This document shows positions 1-11,800 of a DNA stretch of 64,000 bases, one piece after another (position 1 is the stretch's first letter; the number at the start of each line of letters is the position of its first letter). Source of the DNA: Eledone cirrhosa. Lineage: Eukaryota. A program made the translations under genes and the position numbers. The stretch lies in contig OZ024741.1 of NCBI GenBank assembly GCA_964016885.1, forward strand, positions 37,324,001 to 37,388,000, written 5' to 3'. Under the pieces are notes generated by a model. The model did no database searches, had not been told where the DNA came from, and saw nothing but the letters and a program-made list of their open reading frames with translations.

Positions 1-1197
1 GAAGCTGTCCACTATTTCTATAGAACCCTCTGCGCAGTTGAAGGAGCTAGTATTTTGTGGGCACTTGCTGCTACTTATTGCACCAGAGCACCGGCCACAT
101 GTAAAATCTATGTTCTTAGTTAGCTTACCTGTGATCCCACTACATCTTTTATGCACCCATACTTTGCATTTGGGACATAAAATGGAGTTTCTACCTACGC
201 CTTTCCTACACACTGAGCATGGCCATTTCCCAGATGGGACCGCCGCCTTATTTTCTTTCCTACAAACTAGAACTTTAGTCTTAGCCAGGTTAATTTTAAG
301 GCCTTTTGATTCTAGGCCGTGCTTCCATGTTTGGAATTTCTTCTCTAGTTCGGTCATTGATTCAGCTATGAGCGTTAGATCATCTGCGTATAGGAGTTCC
401 CATGGGCAGCCGGTCTTGAACTCCTCTGTTATAGCCTGAAGGGCAATAATAAATAGTAGGGGGCTAAGAACAGAGCCCTGATGGACACCAACTTTTACGC
501 TAAACTCTTCACTATATTCGTTGTTAATTCTAACCTTACTGACTGTTTCTTTATACATGGCTTGTATAGCTCTCACAAGCCATTCGTCAACACCTAGTTT
601 TCTAAGAGACCACCAGATAATGGAACGGGGGACTCTGTCGAAGGCTTTCTCCAAGTTGACGAAAGCTAAGTATAGGGGTTTACTTTTAGCTAGGTACTTC
701 TCCTGTAGTTGTCGTACAATGAAAAGAGCGTCTGTGGTACTTTTGCCTGACACAAACCCGAACTGCATTTCATCTAGATCAATTCTCTCTCTGATTAGTT
801 GCGCTATTACTTTTTCCGTGACCTTCATGACCTGGTCGATTAATTTAATGCCTCTATAGTTACTCCTATCTAGGGCATCTCCTTTTCCTTTATAGCAGTT
901 AACGATGATGCTGCTACGCCATACCTTCGGAACAACCCCATTCTGTACGACTTGGTTAACTATCCGGGTGACCATGGTGTGTCCCACCGAACCAGATGCC
1001 TTCAGCATCTCAGCAACTATTTCCGAAGGCCCAGCCGCCTTACCCGTCTTCATATCTTTGATTGCCTTACTTATTATACTACCTTCAACTAACACTGCTG
1101 GTCCCTCTATTGGATCGATCTGGGGGAGACTGTCTTTCTCCCATTTGTTCTCCTCATTTAGAAGCCTTTCGTAGTGACACTTCCAAGCTACCTTCTT
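1..1197 (-). mobile_element. 5'-truncated RTE-clade LINE copy (RT region), running off the window edge, head-to-head with the full-length copy
   Basis: Reverse complement matches about 2897-4093; encodes QFGF, DRVP and ELLYADD motifs plus the PHD-like segment; the truncation point abuts the (TA)n array. Confidence 0.95.
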
Positions 1198-1199
1198 AC

Positions 1200-1230
<31 letters not shown>

Positions 1231-1367
1231 TATATATATATATATATATGCACATATATATATATATATGTACATATATATATATATATATATATACATA
1301 TATATATACACATATATATATATACACATATATATATATACACACATATATATATACACACACACAC

Positions 1368-1400
<33 letters not shown>

Positions 1401-1424
1401 CACATATATATATACACATACATA

Positions 1425-1494
<70 letters not shown>

Positions 1495-1541
1495 CATATA
1501 TATATATACATACATATATATATATATACATATATATATAT
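1198..1541. repeat. (TA)n/(CA) compound microsatellite
   Basis: Direct reading. Confidence 0.99.
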
Positions 1542-4500
1542 GCGAGCACTCCTCTTTGTTTCGGCCGCGGATGGCTAACATAACCCCATCTCCCTCCGCG
1601 CCCCACCGCTCCCACCCTCCAAACGCAATCCAAAACTTCAGAGCTGGTACCATGAATGTAGGCACCTTAAAGGGTCGCTCTAACGAGGTTGTAGAGATGC
1701 TTGAACATAAGGATGTCGATGTTTGTTGTATCCAAGAGACCAGGTGGAGGGGCGGGTCTGCTGGATTCATTGTGGGTAAAAAACGATGCTATAAGCTTTT
1801 CTGGGTGGGAAATGACAATGGGCTGGGTGGGGTAGGAATCATGTTAGCAGAAAAGTGGGCAGATAAGATAATAGACGTAAATAGAGTGAACAACAGAATA
1901 ATTAAAATAAGACTTGTCCTCAATAGAACTACGGTGACAGTAATATCTGCGTACGCACCCCAATCCGGACTGCCCGGCACTATAAAAGACAGATTCTATG
2001 AGACACTGATGCTAACTACCTCCCAAATAACCGAGAGTGACTATATAATTATTGCAGGTGACCTAAATGGTCACGTTGGACAACATTGTGACGGCTACGA
2101 TGAAATCCATGGAGGCTATGGGTTTGGTACTAGAAATGAGGAAGGCTCCAGAATCCTGGAATTCTGTGACGCAAATAACCTAACTATCTGTAACACTAAC
2201 TTAAAAAAATGTGACAATCACCTGATCACCTATAGATCGGGGGAACACACAAGCCAGGTAGATTATATCCTTACCAGAAGACGTGACAGAATGTCTGTTG
2301 TAAACACTAAATCCCTCCCCCATGAAGAATGCACCTCCCAACATAGACTGATAATAGTCAGGACGAGACGTACTAGACAGCAAAAGAGGACTATCCTCAG
2401 GAGTAAAATATGGAAGCTAAAGGACCCCACAGCCAGAAATAAATTTAAAAGCATACTACTTGATGCTTTCGACAGTAAGGAAGAGCAATTAGAGTCGTAC
2501 AATATAGAGGAACAGTGGGAATTCCTGAAAGCAAACCTGCTGATGGTGGCAGACGAAGTCTGTGGCTGGAGCAGGCCTGTAGGCAGGAGGAGAGTAACAT
2601 GGTGGTGGAACAGTAAGGTGGAGGGGTCAATTAAGGCCAAAAAGCAGGCTTGGAAAGTATGGCGGGATGGGGGAAGTAGAGAAGACTATCAAGTGGCCAG
2701 GAGGGAAGCTAGGAGACAAGTGTACTTCGCAAGAAGGGAAGCAGAGGAAAGAAAGTTCAAGCATGTTCTACAACGCAAGGACCAAAAACGTGAGGTGTTC
2801 AGGATTGCTAGGCAATGTGTCAAGGAAAACCGTGATATTGTCGGGGAGAAGTGTGTACTTAATGATGACGCCGTACTTGCCATCACTGACGCTGATAAGA
2901 AGGTAGCTTGGAAGTGTCACTACGAAAGGCTACTAAATGAGGAGAATAAATGGGAGAAAGACAGTCTCCCCCACATCGACCCAATAGAGGGACCAGCAGT
3001 GTTAGTCGAGGGTAGTATAATAAGTAAGGCAATCAAAGATATGAAGACGGGTAAGGTGGCTGGGCCTTCGGAAATAGTTGCTGAGATGCTGAAGGCATCT
3101 GGCACGGTGGGACACACCATGGTCACCCGCATAGTTAATCAAGTCGTACAGAATGGGGTTGTTCCGAAGGACTGGCATAGCAGCATCATCGTTAACTGTT
3201 TTAAGGGTAAAGGAGACGCCCTAGATAGGAGTAACTATAGAGGCATTAAATTAATCGACCAGGTCATGAAGGTCACGGAAAAAGTAATTGCACAACTAAT
3301 CAGAGAGAGAATTGACCTAGATGAAATGCAGTTCGCGTTTGTGTCAGGCAAAAGTACCACAGACGCTCTTTTCATTGTACGACAACTACAGGAGAAGTAC
3401 CTAGCTAAAAGTAAACCCCTATACTTAGCTTTTGTCGACTTGGAGAAAGCCTTCGACAGAGTCCTCCGTTCCATTATCTGGTGGGCTCTTAGAAAGCTAG
3501 GTGTTGACGAATGGCTTGTGAGAGCTATACAAGCCATGTATAAAGAAACAGTCAGCAAGGTTAGAATTAACAACGAATATAGTGAAGAGTTTAGTGTAAA
3601 AGTTGGCGTCCATCAGGGCTCTGTTCTCAGCCCCCTACTATTTATTATTGCCCTTCAGGCTATAACAGAGGAGTTCAAGACCGGCTGCCCATGGGAACTC
3701 CTATACACAGATGACCTAACACTCATAGCTGAATCAATGGCCGAGCTAGAGAAGAAATTCCAAGCATGGAAGCACGGCCTAGAATCAAAAGGCCTTAAAA
3801 TTAACCTGGCTAAGACTAAAGTTCTAGTTTGTAAGAAAGAAAATAAGGCGGCGGTCCCTTCCGGGAAGTGGCCATGCTCAATGTGTAGGAAAGGCGTAGG
3901 TAGAAACTCCATTTTGTGTCCCAAATGCAAAGTATGGGTGCATAAAAGATGTAGTGGGATCACAGGTAAGCTAACTAAGAACATAGATTTTACATGTGGC
4001 CGGTGCTCTGCTGCAATAAGTAACAGCAAGTGCCCACAAAATACTAGCTCTTTCAACTGCGCAGAGGGTTCTATGGAAATAGTGGACAGCTTCCGTTACC
4101 TGGGTGACAAAATCAGCAGTGGGGGAGGGTGCTCTGAAAGTACAGTAGCTGGAGTCAGAACTGGATGGAATAAGTTCAGAGAGCTTATACCACTATTAGC
4201 CGCTAAAGGGTTCTCCCTAAAAATGAAAGACAGGTTGTATGATGCCTGCATACGAACAGCAATGTTACATGGCAGTGAGACCAGGGCATTGTGTGCAGAG
4301 GATATACGCAGACTAGAGAGGAACGAAGCTTGCATGCTCCGCTGGATGTGTAATAGTAATATACGTGAACGGCAAAGCATAAACGAACTAAGGAAAAAAT
4401 TAGAAATAAGAGGGATCAGATGTTGTTTACTCGAGAGAAAGCTACGTTGGTATGGTCACGTGATGCGCATGAAAGACGATAGCTGTATAACAAAGTGCAG

Positions 4501-5054
4501 GGCAATAAAGATAGACGGTAGCCACGGAGTAGGCAGACCCAGAAAAACCTGGGACGAGCTGATAAATTCCGACCTCACACACTTACACCTCTCCAAGACA
4601 ATGTCACTGGACCGAGACCTTTGGCGGTACTCAGTAATAGAGAAGACCCACCTTACCAAAATACAAAGTAAAACCTACTTCAGTCAGTAGGCATCTCTAA
4701 CAAAATACACCCCCGTCCCACCACCCCCACCCCATCCACACCGCCCCTTTCAATGTAAAGTTATGTTGGTGCCACAACATCCAGGCCGAAACAAATGAGA
4801 TCGTGTAGGTGTCACGACAAAAAAAAAACACACCGTCCACGCTGTAATGTGGCCGTGTAGGCAACACGGTAAAAACCTCCCAGCCCCACACTGTAAATGT
4901 GGTTGGTGTTATGAAGGGCATCCAGCTGTAGAAAACCCGCCAGACAGTCCTATGCGAGCAAGACAATCACTCTTGCCTCAAGTGGGAAAACCCCCGTCCA
5001 AACCCATGCAAGCGTGGAACACGGACGTTAAACGTTGATGATGATGATGATGAT
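1542..5054 (+). mobile_element. Near full-length RTE-clade non-LTR retrotransposon
   Basis: Single APE+RT ORF; about 350-nt 3'UTR containing GAAGGGCATCCAGCTGTAGAAA; (GAT)n tail at 5037-5054; (TA)n on both sides. Confidence 0.97.
1571..4690 (+). CDS. RTE ORF (1039 aa): AP endonuclease, reverse transcriptase, PHD-like C4HC3 finger, RTE C-terminal domain
   Basis: First in-frame ATG after the microsatellite at 1571. Motifs: [32 protein letters not shown] (APE); [31 protein letters not shown] (RT); [16 protein letters not shown]. Confidence 0.93.
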   Translation: MANITPSPSAPHRSHPPNAIQNFRAGTMNVGTLKGRSNEVVEMLEHKDVDVCCIQETRWRGGSAGFIVGKKRCYKLFWVGNDNGLGGVGIMLAEKWADKIIDVNRVNNRIIKIRLVLNRTTVTVISAYAPQSGLPGTIKDRFYETLMLTTSQITESDYIIIAGDLNGHVGQHCDGYDEIHGGYGFGTRNEEGSRILEFCDANNLTICNTNLKKCDNHLITYRSGEHTSQVDYILTRRRDRMSVVNTKSLPHEECTSQHRLIIVRTRRTRQQKRTILRSKIWKLKDPTARNKFKSILLDAFDSKEEQLESYNIEEQWEFLKANLLMVADEVCGWSRPVGRRRVTWWWNSKVEGSIKAKKQAWKVWRDGGSREDYQVARREARRQVYFARREAEERKFKHVLQRKDQKREVFRIARQCVKENRDIVGEKCVLNDDAVLAITDADKKVAWKCHYERLLNEENKWEKDSLPHIDPIEGPAVLVEGSIISKAIKDMKTGKVAGPSEIVAEMLKASGTVGHTMVTRIVNQVVQNGVVPKDWHSSIIVNCFKGKGDALDRSNYRGIKLIDQVMKVTEKVIAQLIRERIDLDEMQFAFVSGKSTTDALFIVRQLQEKYLAKSKPLYLAFVDLEKAFDRVLRSIIWWALRKLGVDEWLVRAIQAMYKETVSKVRINNEYSEEFSVKVGVHQGSVLSPLLFIIALQAITEEFKTGCPWELLYTDDLTLIAESMAELEKKFQAWKHGLESKGLKINLAKTKVLVCKKENKAAVPSGKWPCSMCRKGVGRNSILCPKCKVWVHKRCSGITGKLTKNIDFTCGRCSAAISNSKCPQNTSSFNCAEGSMEIVDSFRYLGDKISSGGGCSESTVAGVRTGWNKFRELIPLLAAKGFSLKMKDRLYDACIRTAMLHGSETRALCAEDIRRLERNEACMLRWMCNSNIRERQSINELRKKLEIRGIRCCLLERKLRWYGHVMRMKDDSCITKCRAIKIDGSHGVGRPRKTWDELINSDLTHLHLSKTMSLDRDLWRYSVIEKTHLTKIQSKTYFSQ

Positions 5055-5166
5055 ATATATATATATAGGGAGTGTAACTTGGAGTTACTGCAGGTTCTAC
5101 TAGCATTTTAAAGGGTCCGTCGAGCTGCCGATTGTAGAGTCGGGTAAGATCGATACAGATCAAACC

Positions 5167-5200
5167 TTGAGCTGATCAGTGGCGAAACGCGCGTCACCAA
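5167..5200 (+). ncRNA. Degenerate minimal type I hammerhead motif in a PLE pseudo-LTR remnant (about 5068-5250)
   Basis: CTGATCA-GTGGC-GAAACGCGCGTC; palindromic stem III ACGCGCGT; AATAAA at 5203; G8->C change and weak stem I. Confidence 0.6.
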
Positions 5201-5251
5201 CCAATAAATGTAATGAAAGAGTAACCAATTGTCCTTGTTATCCTTTCAATA

Positions 5252-5518
5252 TTGTGAGTTCAATTCTCATACCAGGTGATGTGTTGTTTCCTTGAGCAAG
5301 ACACTTTATTTCACATTGCTCCAGTTTACTCAGCTGTAGAAATGAGATGATAGGGGCAGGGGTCCCTATCATTCCACTGCAAAGTGGTCGTGGAGGTGCC
5401 ACGGCAAATGAGGCATCACTGTAAATGAGGTTGGTGTTAGGAAGGGCATCCAGCTGTAGAAATCAAGCCAGAATCAGTTCCCGTCCCACCCTTGCAAGCA
5501 GGGAAAAGCGAACGTAAA

Positions 5519-5550
<32 letters not shown>
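5252..5550 (+). mobile_element. CORE-type SINE, 5'-truncated, with RTE-derived 3' end and (GAT)n tail
   Basis: B-box GAGTTCAATTCTC; CORE-like CCTTGAGCAAGACACTT; tail shares GGAAGGGCATCCAGCTGTAGAAA with the RTE. Confidence 0.8.
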
Positions 5551-5839
5551 ATATATATATATATATGGTAGAAAAGGGGAACAACTTTGAATTAATAGAC
5601 AGACAGACAGAATTATTGACAAGCAGCATGTATGAGTGTGTGTGGTTAGAAGTAACTAAGAGAAAGACACTGATGTGGAGAGTATAAAATAGTTTTATAG
5701 TGATTGGTAAATGTCGATCCTGTCTTTTCTGTCAATTCTGTTCTCAATTTTAGAAGCCTTGTGCTGTTATGTGAAAAATCTAAAACAAACTCACAATCTA
5801 TTTTTATTGCAGTGACGGTTGTAGTATAATATTGGTTGT

Positions 5840-8800
5840 AATGGTGATGATAGTGGTAGTGGTGACAGTGGTTTGTAGTGGTGGGGGTAATAGTGGAGGT
5901 TGTAGTGGTGTTGTTGTTGTTGTTGTTGGGGTGCTGGTGATGATAGTGGTAGTGGTGACAGTGGTTTGTAGTGGTGGGGGTAATAGTGGAGGTTGTAGTG
6001 GTGGTGTTGTTGTTGTTGGGGTGCTGGTGATGATAGTGGTAGTGGTGACAGTGGTCTGTAGTGGTGGGGGTAATAGTGGAGGTTGTAGTGGTGTTGTTGT
6101 TGTTGTTGTTGGGGTGCTGGTGATGATAGTGGTAGTGGTGACAGTGGTTTGTAGTGGTGGGGGTAATAGTGGAGGTTGTAGTGGTGTTGTTGTTGTTGTT
6201 GGGGTGCTGGTGATGATAGTGGTAGTGGTGACAGTGGTTTGTAGTGGTGGGGGTAATAGTGGAGGTTGTAGTGGTGTTGTTGTTGTTGTTGGGGTGCTGG
6301 TGATGATAGTGGTAGTGGTGACAGTGGTTTGTAGTGGTGGGGGTAATAGTGGAGGTTGTAGTGGTGGTGTTGTTGTTGTGGGGTGCTGGTGATGATAGTG
6401 GTAGTGGTGACAGTGGTTTGTAGTGGTGTGGGTAATAGTGGAGGTTGTAGTGGTGGTGTTGTTGTTGTTGTTGGGGTGCTGGTGATGATAGTGGTAGTGG
6501 TGACAGTGGTCTGTAGTGGTTTGGGTAATAGTGGAGGTTTAGTTGTTGGTGTTGTTGTTGTTGTGGTGCTGGTGATGATAGTGGTAGTGGTGACAGTGGT
6601 CTGTAGTGGTGGGGGTAATAGTGGAGGTTGTAGTGGTGGTGTTGTTGTTGTTGTTGTGGTGCTGGTGATGATAGTGGTAGTGGTGACAGTGGTCTGTAGT
6701 GGTGGGGGTAATAGTGGAGGTTGTAGTGGTGTTGTTGTTGTTGTTGTTGTGGTGCTGGTGATGATAGTGGTAGTGGTGACAGTGGTCTGTAGTGGTGGGG
6801 GTAATAGTGGAGGTTGTAGTGGTGGTGTTGTTGTTGTTGTTGTGGTGCTGCTGATGATAGTGGTAGTGGTGACAGTGGTTAGTAGTGGTGGGGGTAATAG
6901 TGGAGGTTGTAGTGGTGTTGTTGTTGTTGTTGTTGTGGTGCTGGTGATGATAGTGGTAGTGGTGACAGTGGTCTGTAGTGGTGGGGGTAATAGTGGAGGT
7001 TGTAGTGGTGTTGTTGTTGTTGTTGGGGTGCTGGTGATGATAGTGGTAGTGGTGACAGTGGTTTGTAGTGGTGTGGGTAATAGTGGAGGTTGTAGTGGTG
7101 GTGTTGTTGTTGTTGGGGTGCTGGTGATGATAGTGGTAGTGGTGACAGTGGTTAGTAGTTGTGGGGGTAATAGTGGAGGTTGTAGTGGTGGTGTTGTTGT
7201 TGTTGGGGTGCTGGTGATGATAGTGGTAGTGGTGACAGTGGTCTGTAGTGGTGGGGGTAATAGTGGAGGTTGTAGTGGTGTTGTTGTTGTTGTTGGGGTG
7301 CTGGTGATAATAGTGGTAGTGGTGACAGTGGTTTATAGTGGTGGGGGTAATGGTGGAGGTTGTAGTGGTGGTGTTGTTGTTATTGTTGGGGTGCTGGTGA
7401 TGATAGTGGTAGTGGTGACAGTGGTCTGTAGTGGTGGGGGTAATAGTGGAGGTTGTAGTGGTGTTGTTGTTGTTGTTGGGGTGCTGGTGATAATAGTGGT
7501 AGTGGTGACAGTGGTTTATAGTGGTGGGGGTAATAGTGGAGGTTGTAGTGGTGGTGTTGTTGTTGTTGTTGGGGTGCTGGTGATGATAGTGGTAGTGGTG
7601 ACAGTGGTTTATAGTGGTGGGGGTAATAGTGGAGGTTGTAGTGGTGGTGTTGTTGTTGTTGTTGGGGTGCTGGTGATGATAGTGGTAGTGGTGACAGTGG
7701 TTTGTAGTGGTGGGGGTAATAGTGGAGGTTGTAGTGGTGGTGGTGTTGTTGTTGTTGGGGTGCTGGTGATGATAGTGGTAGTGGTGACAGTGGTCTGTAA
7801 TGGTGGGGGTAATAGTGGAGGTTGTAGTGGTGGTGTTGTTGTTGTTGGGGTGCTGGTGATGATAGTGGTAGTGGAAACAGTGGTCTGTAGTGGTGTGGGT
7901 AATAGTGGAGGTTGTAGTGGTGGTGTTGTTGTTGTTGGGGTGCTGGTGATAATAGTGGTAGTGGTGACAGTGGTTTGTAGTGGTGGGGGTAATAGTAGAG
8001 GTTGTAGTGGTGGTGTTGTTGTTGTTGGGGTGCTGGTGATGATAGTGGTAGTGGTGACAGTGGTCTGTAGTGGTGGGGGTAATAGTGGAGGCTGTAGTGG
8101 TGGTGTTGTTGTTGTTGGGGTGCTGGTGATGATAGTGGTAGTGGTGACAGTGGTTTGTAGTGGTGGGGGTAATAGTGGAGGTTGTAGTGGTGTTGTTGTT
8201 GTTGTTGGGGTGCTGGTGATGATAGTGGTAGTGGTGACAGTGGTCTGTAGTGGTGGGGGTAATAGTAGAGGTTGTAGTGGTGGTGTTGTTGTTGTTGGGG
8301 TGCTGGTGATGATAGTGGTAGTGGTGACAGTGGTCTGTAGTGGTGGGGGTAATAGTAGAGGTTGTAGTGGTGTTGTTGTTGTTGTTGGGGTGCTGGTGAT
8401 GATAGTGGTAGTGGTGACAGTGGTCTGTAGTGGTTTGGGTAATAGTGGAGGTTGTAGTGGTGGTGTTGTTGTTGTTGTTGGGGTGCTGGTGATGATAGTG
8501 GTAGTGGTGACAGTGGTCTATAGTGGTGGGGGTAATAGTGGAGGTTGTAGTGGTGGTGTTGTTGCTGTTGGGGTGCTGGTGATGATAGTGGTAGTGGTGA
8601 CAGTGGTCTGTAGTGGTGGGGGTAATAGTGGAGGTTGTAGTGGTGGTGTTGTTGTTGGGGTGCTGGTGATGATAGTGGTAGTGGTGACAGTGGTTAGTAG
8701 TGGTAGGGGTAATAGTGAAGGTTGTAGTGGTGTTGTTGTTGTTGTTGTTGGGGTGCTGGTGATGATAGTGGTAGTGGTGACAGTGGTCTGTAGTGGTGGG

Positions 8801-11800
8801 GGTAATAGTGGAGGTTGTAGTGGTGTTGTTGTTGTTGTTGGGGTGCTGGTGATGATAGTGGTAGTGGTGACAGTGGTCTGTAGTGGTTTGGGTAATAGTG
8901 GAGGTTGTAGTGGTGGTGTTGTTGTTGTTGGGGTGCTGGTGATGATAGTGGTAGTGGTGACAGTGGTTAGTAGTGGTAGGGGTAATAGTGGAGGTTGTAG
9001 TGGTGTTGTTGTTGTTGTTGGGGTGCTGGTGATGATAGTGGTAGTGGTGACAGTGGTCTGTAGTGGTGGGGGTAATAGTGGAGGTTGTAGTGGTGGTGTT
9101 GTTGTTGTTGGGGTGCTGGTGATGATAGTGGTAGTGGTGACAGTGGTCTGTAGTGGTTTGGGTAATAGTGGAGGTTGTAGTGGTGGTGTTGTTGTTGTTG
9201 AGGTGCTGGTGATGATAGTGGTAGTGGTGACAGTGGTCTGTAGTGGTGGGGGTAATAGTGGAGGTTGTAGTGGTGGTGTTGTTGTTGTTGGGGTGCTGGT
9301 GATGATAGTGGTAGTGGTGACAGTGGTCTGTAGTGGTTTGGGTAATAGTGGAGGTTGTAGTGGTGGTGTTGTTGTTGTTGAGGTGCTGGTGATGATAGTG
9401 GTAGTGGTGACAGTGGTCTGTAGTGGTGGGGGTAATAGTGGAGGTTGTAGTGGTGGTGTTGTTGTTGTTGGGGTGCTGGTGATGATAGTGGTAGTGGTGA
9501 CAGTGATCTGTAGTGGTGGGGGTAATAGTGGAGGTCGTAGTGGTGGTGTTGTTGTTGTTGTTGTTGTTGGGGTGCTGGTAATGATAGTGGTAGTGGTATC
9601 AGTGGTTAGTAGTGGTGGGGTAATAGTGGAGGTTGTAGTGGTGGTGTTGTTGTTGTTGTTGTGGTGCTGGTGATGATAGTGGTAGTGGTGACAGTGGTTT
9701 GTAGTGGTGGGGGTAATAGTGGAGGTTGTAGTGGTGGTGTTGTTGTTGTTGGGGTGCTGGTGATGATAGTGGTAGTGGTGACAGTGGTCTGTAGTGGTTT
9801 CGGTAATAGTGGAAGTTGTAGTGGTGGTGTTGTTGTTGTTGGGGTGCTGGTGATGATAGTGGTAGTGGTGACACTGGTCTGTAGTGGTGGGGGTAATAGT
9901 GGAGGTTGTAGTGGTGGTGTTGTTGTTGTTGTTGGGGTGCTGGTGATGATAGTGGTAGTGGAGACAGTGGTTAGTAGTGGTGGGGGTAATAGTGGAGGTT
10001 GTAGTGGTGGTGTTGTTGTTGTTGTTGGGGTGCTGGTGATGATAGTGGTAGTGGTGACAGTGGTTAGTAGTGGTGGGGGTAATAGTGGAGGTTGTAGTGG
10101 TGGTGTTGTTGTTGTTGGGGTGCTGGTGATGATAGTGGTAGTGGTGACAGTGGTTTGTAGTGGTGTGGGTAATAGTGGAGGTTGTAGTGGTGGTGTTGTT
10201 GTTGTTGGGGTGCTGGTGATAATAGTGGTAGTGGTGACAGTAGCTTGTAGTGGTGTGGGTAATAGTGGAGGTTGTAGTGGTGGTGTTGTTGTTGTTGGGG
10301 TGCTGGTGATGATAGTGGTAGTGGTGACAGTAGCTTGTAGTGGTGTGGGTAATAGTGGAGGTTGTAGTGGTGGTGTTGTTGTTGTTGTTGGGGTGCTGGT
10401 GATGATAGTGGTAGTGGTGACAGTGGTCTGTAGTGGTTTCGGTAATAGTGGAGGTTGTAGTGGTGTTGTTGTTGTTGTTGTTGTGGTGCTGGTGATGATA
10501 GTGGTAGTGGTGACAGTGGTTAGTAGTGGTGGGGGTAATAGTGGAGGTTGTAGTGGTGGTGTTGTTGTTGTTGTTGGGGTGCTGGTGATGATAGTGGTAG
10601 TGGTGACAGTGGTCTGTAGTGGTGGGGGTAATAGTGGAGGTTGTAGTGGTGGTGTTGTTGCTGTTGGGGTGCTGGTGATGATAGTGGTAGTGGTGACAGT
10701 GGTCTATAGTGGTGGGGGTAATAGTGGAGGTTGTAGTGGTGGTGTTGTTGCTGTTGGGGTGCTGGTGATGATAGTGGTAGTGGTGACAGTAGCTTGTAGT
10801 GGTGGGAGTAATAGTGGAGGCTGTAGTGGTGGTGTTGTTGTTGTTGTTGTTGTTGGGGTGCTGGTGATGATAGTGGTAGTGGTGACAGTGGTTAGTAGTG
10901 GTGGGGCTAATAGTGGAGGTTGTAGTGGTGGTGTTGTTGTTGTTGTTGGGGTGCTGGTGATGATAGTGGTAGTGGTGACAGTGGTCTATAGTGGTGGGGG
11001 TAATAGTGGAGGTTGTAGTGGTGGTGGTGTTGTTGCTGTTGGGGTGCTGGTGATGATAGTGGTAGTGGTGACAGTAGCTTGTAGTGGTGTGGGTAATAGT
11101 GGAGGTTGTAGTTGTGGTGTTGTTGTTGTTGTTGGGGTGCTGGTGATGATAGTGGTAGTGGCGACAGTGGTTTGTAGTGGTGTGGGTAATAGTGGAGGTT
11201 GTAGTTGTGGTGTTGTTGTTGTTGTTGGGGTGCTGGTGATGATAGTGGTAGTGGCGACAGTGGTCTGTAGTGGTGGGGGTAATAGTGGAGGTTGTAGTGG
11301 TGGTGTTGTTGTTGTTGTGGTGCTGGTGATGATAGTGGTAGTGGCGACAGTGGTCTGTAGTGGTGGGGGTAATAGTGGAGGTTGTTGTGGTGTTGTTGTT
11401 GTTGTTGTTGGGGTGCTGGTGATGATAGTGGTAGTGGTGACAGTGGTTAGTAGTGGTGGGGCTAATAGTGGAGGTTGTAGTGGTGGTGTTGTTGTTGTTG
11501 TTGGGGTGCTGGTGATGATAGTGGTAGTGGTGACAGTGGTCTATAGTGGTGGGGGTAATAGTGGAGGTTGTAGTGGTGGTGGTGTTGTTGCTGTTGTGGT
11601 GCTGGTGATGATAGTGGTAGTGGTGACAGTAGCTTGTAGTGGTGTGGGTAATAGTGGAGGTTGTAGTTGTGGTGTTGTTGTTGTTGTTGGGGTGCTGGTG
11701 ATGATAGTGGTAGTGGCGACAGTGGTTTGTAGTGGTGTGGGTAATAGTGGAGGTTGTAGTTGTGGTGTTGTTGTTGTTGTTGGGGTGCTGGTGATGATAG

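Noticed and set aside
38-1174. Plus-strand ORFs at 38, 521 and 905 and their minus-strand twins at 2920-4056
   Set aside because: Antisense shadows of the RTE RT frame
1268-1570. N-terminal extension of the RTE ORF in the ORF track
   Set aside because: Lies in the microsatellite; the plausible start is the ATG at 1571
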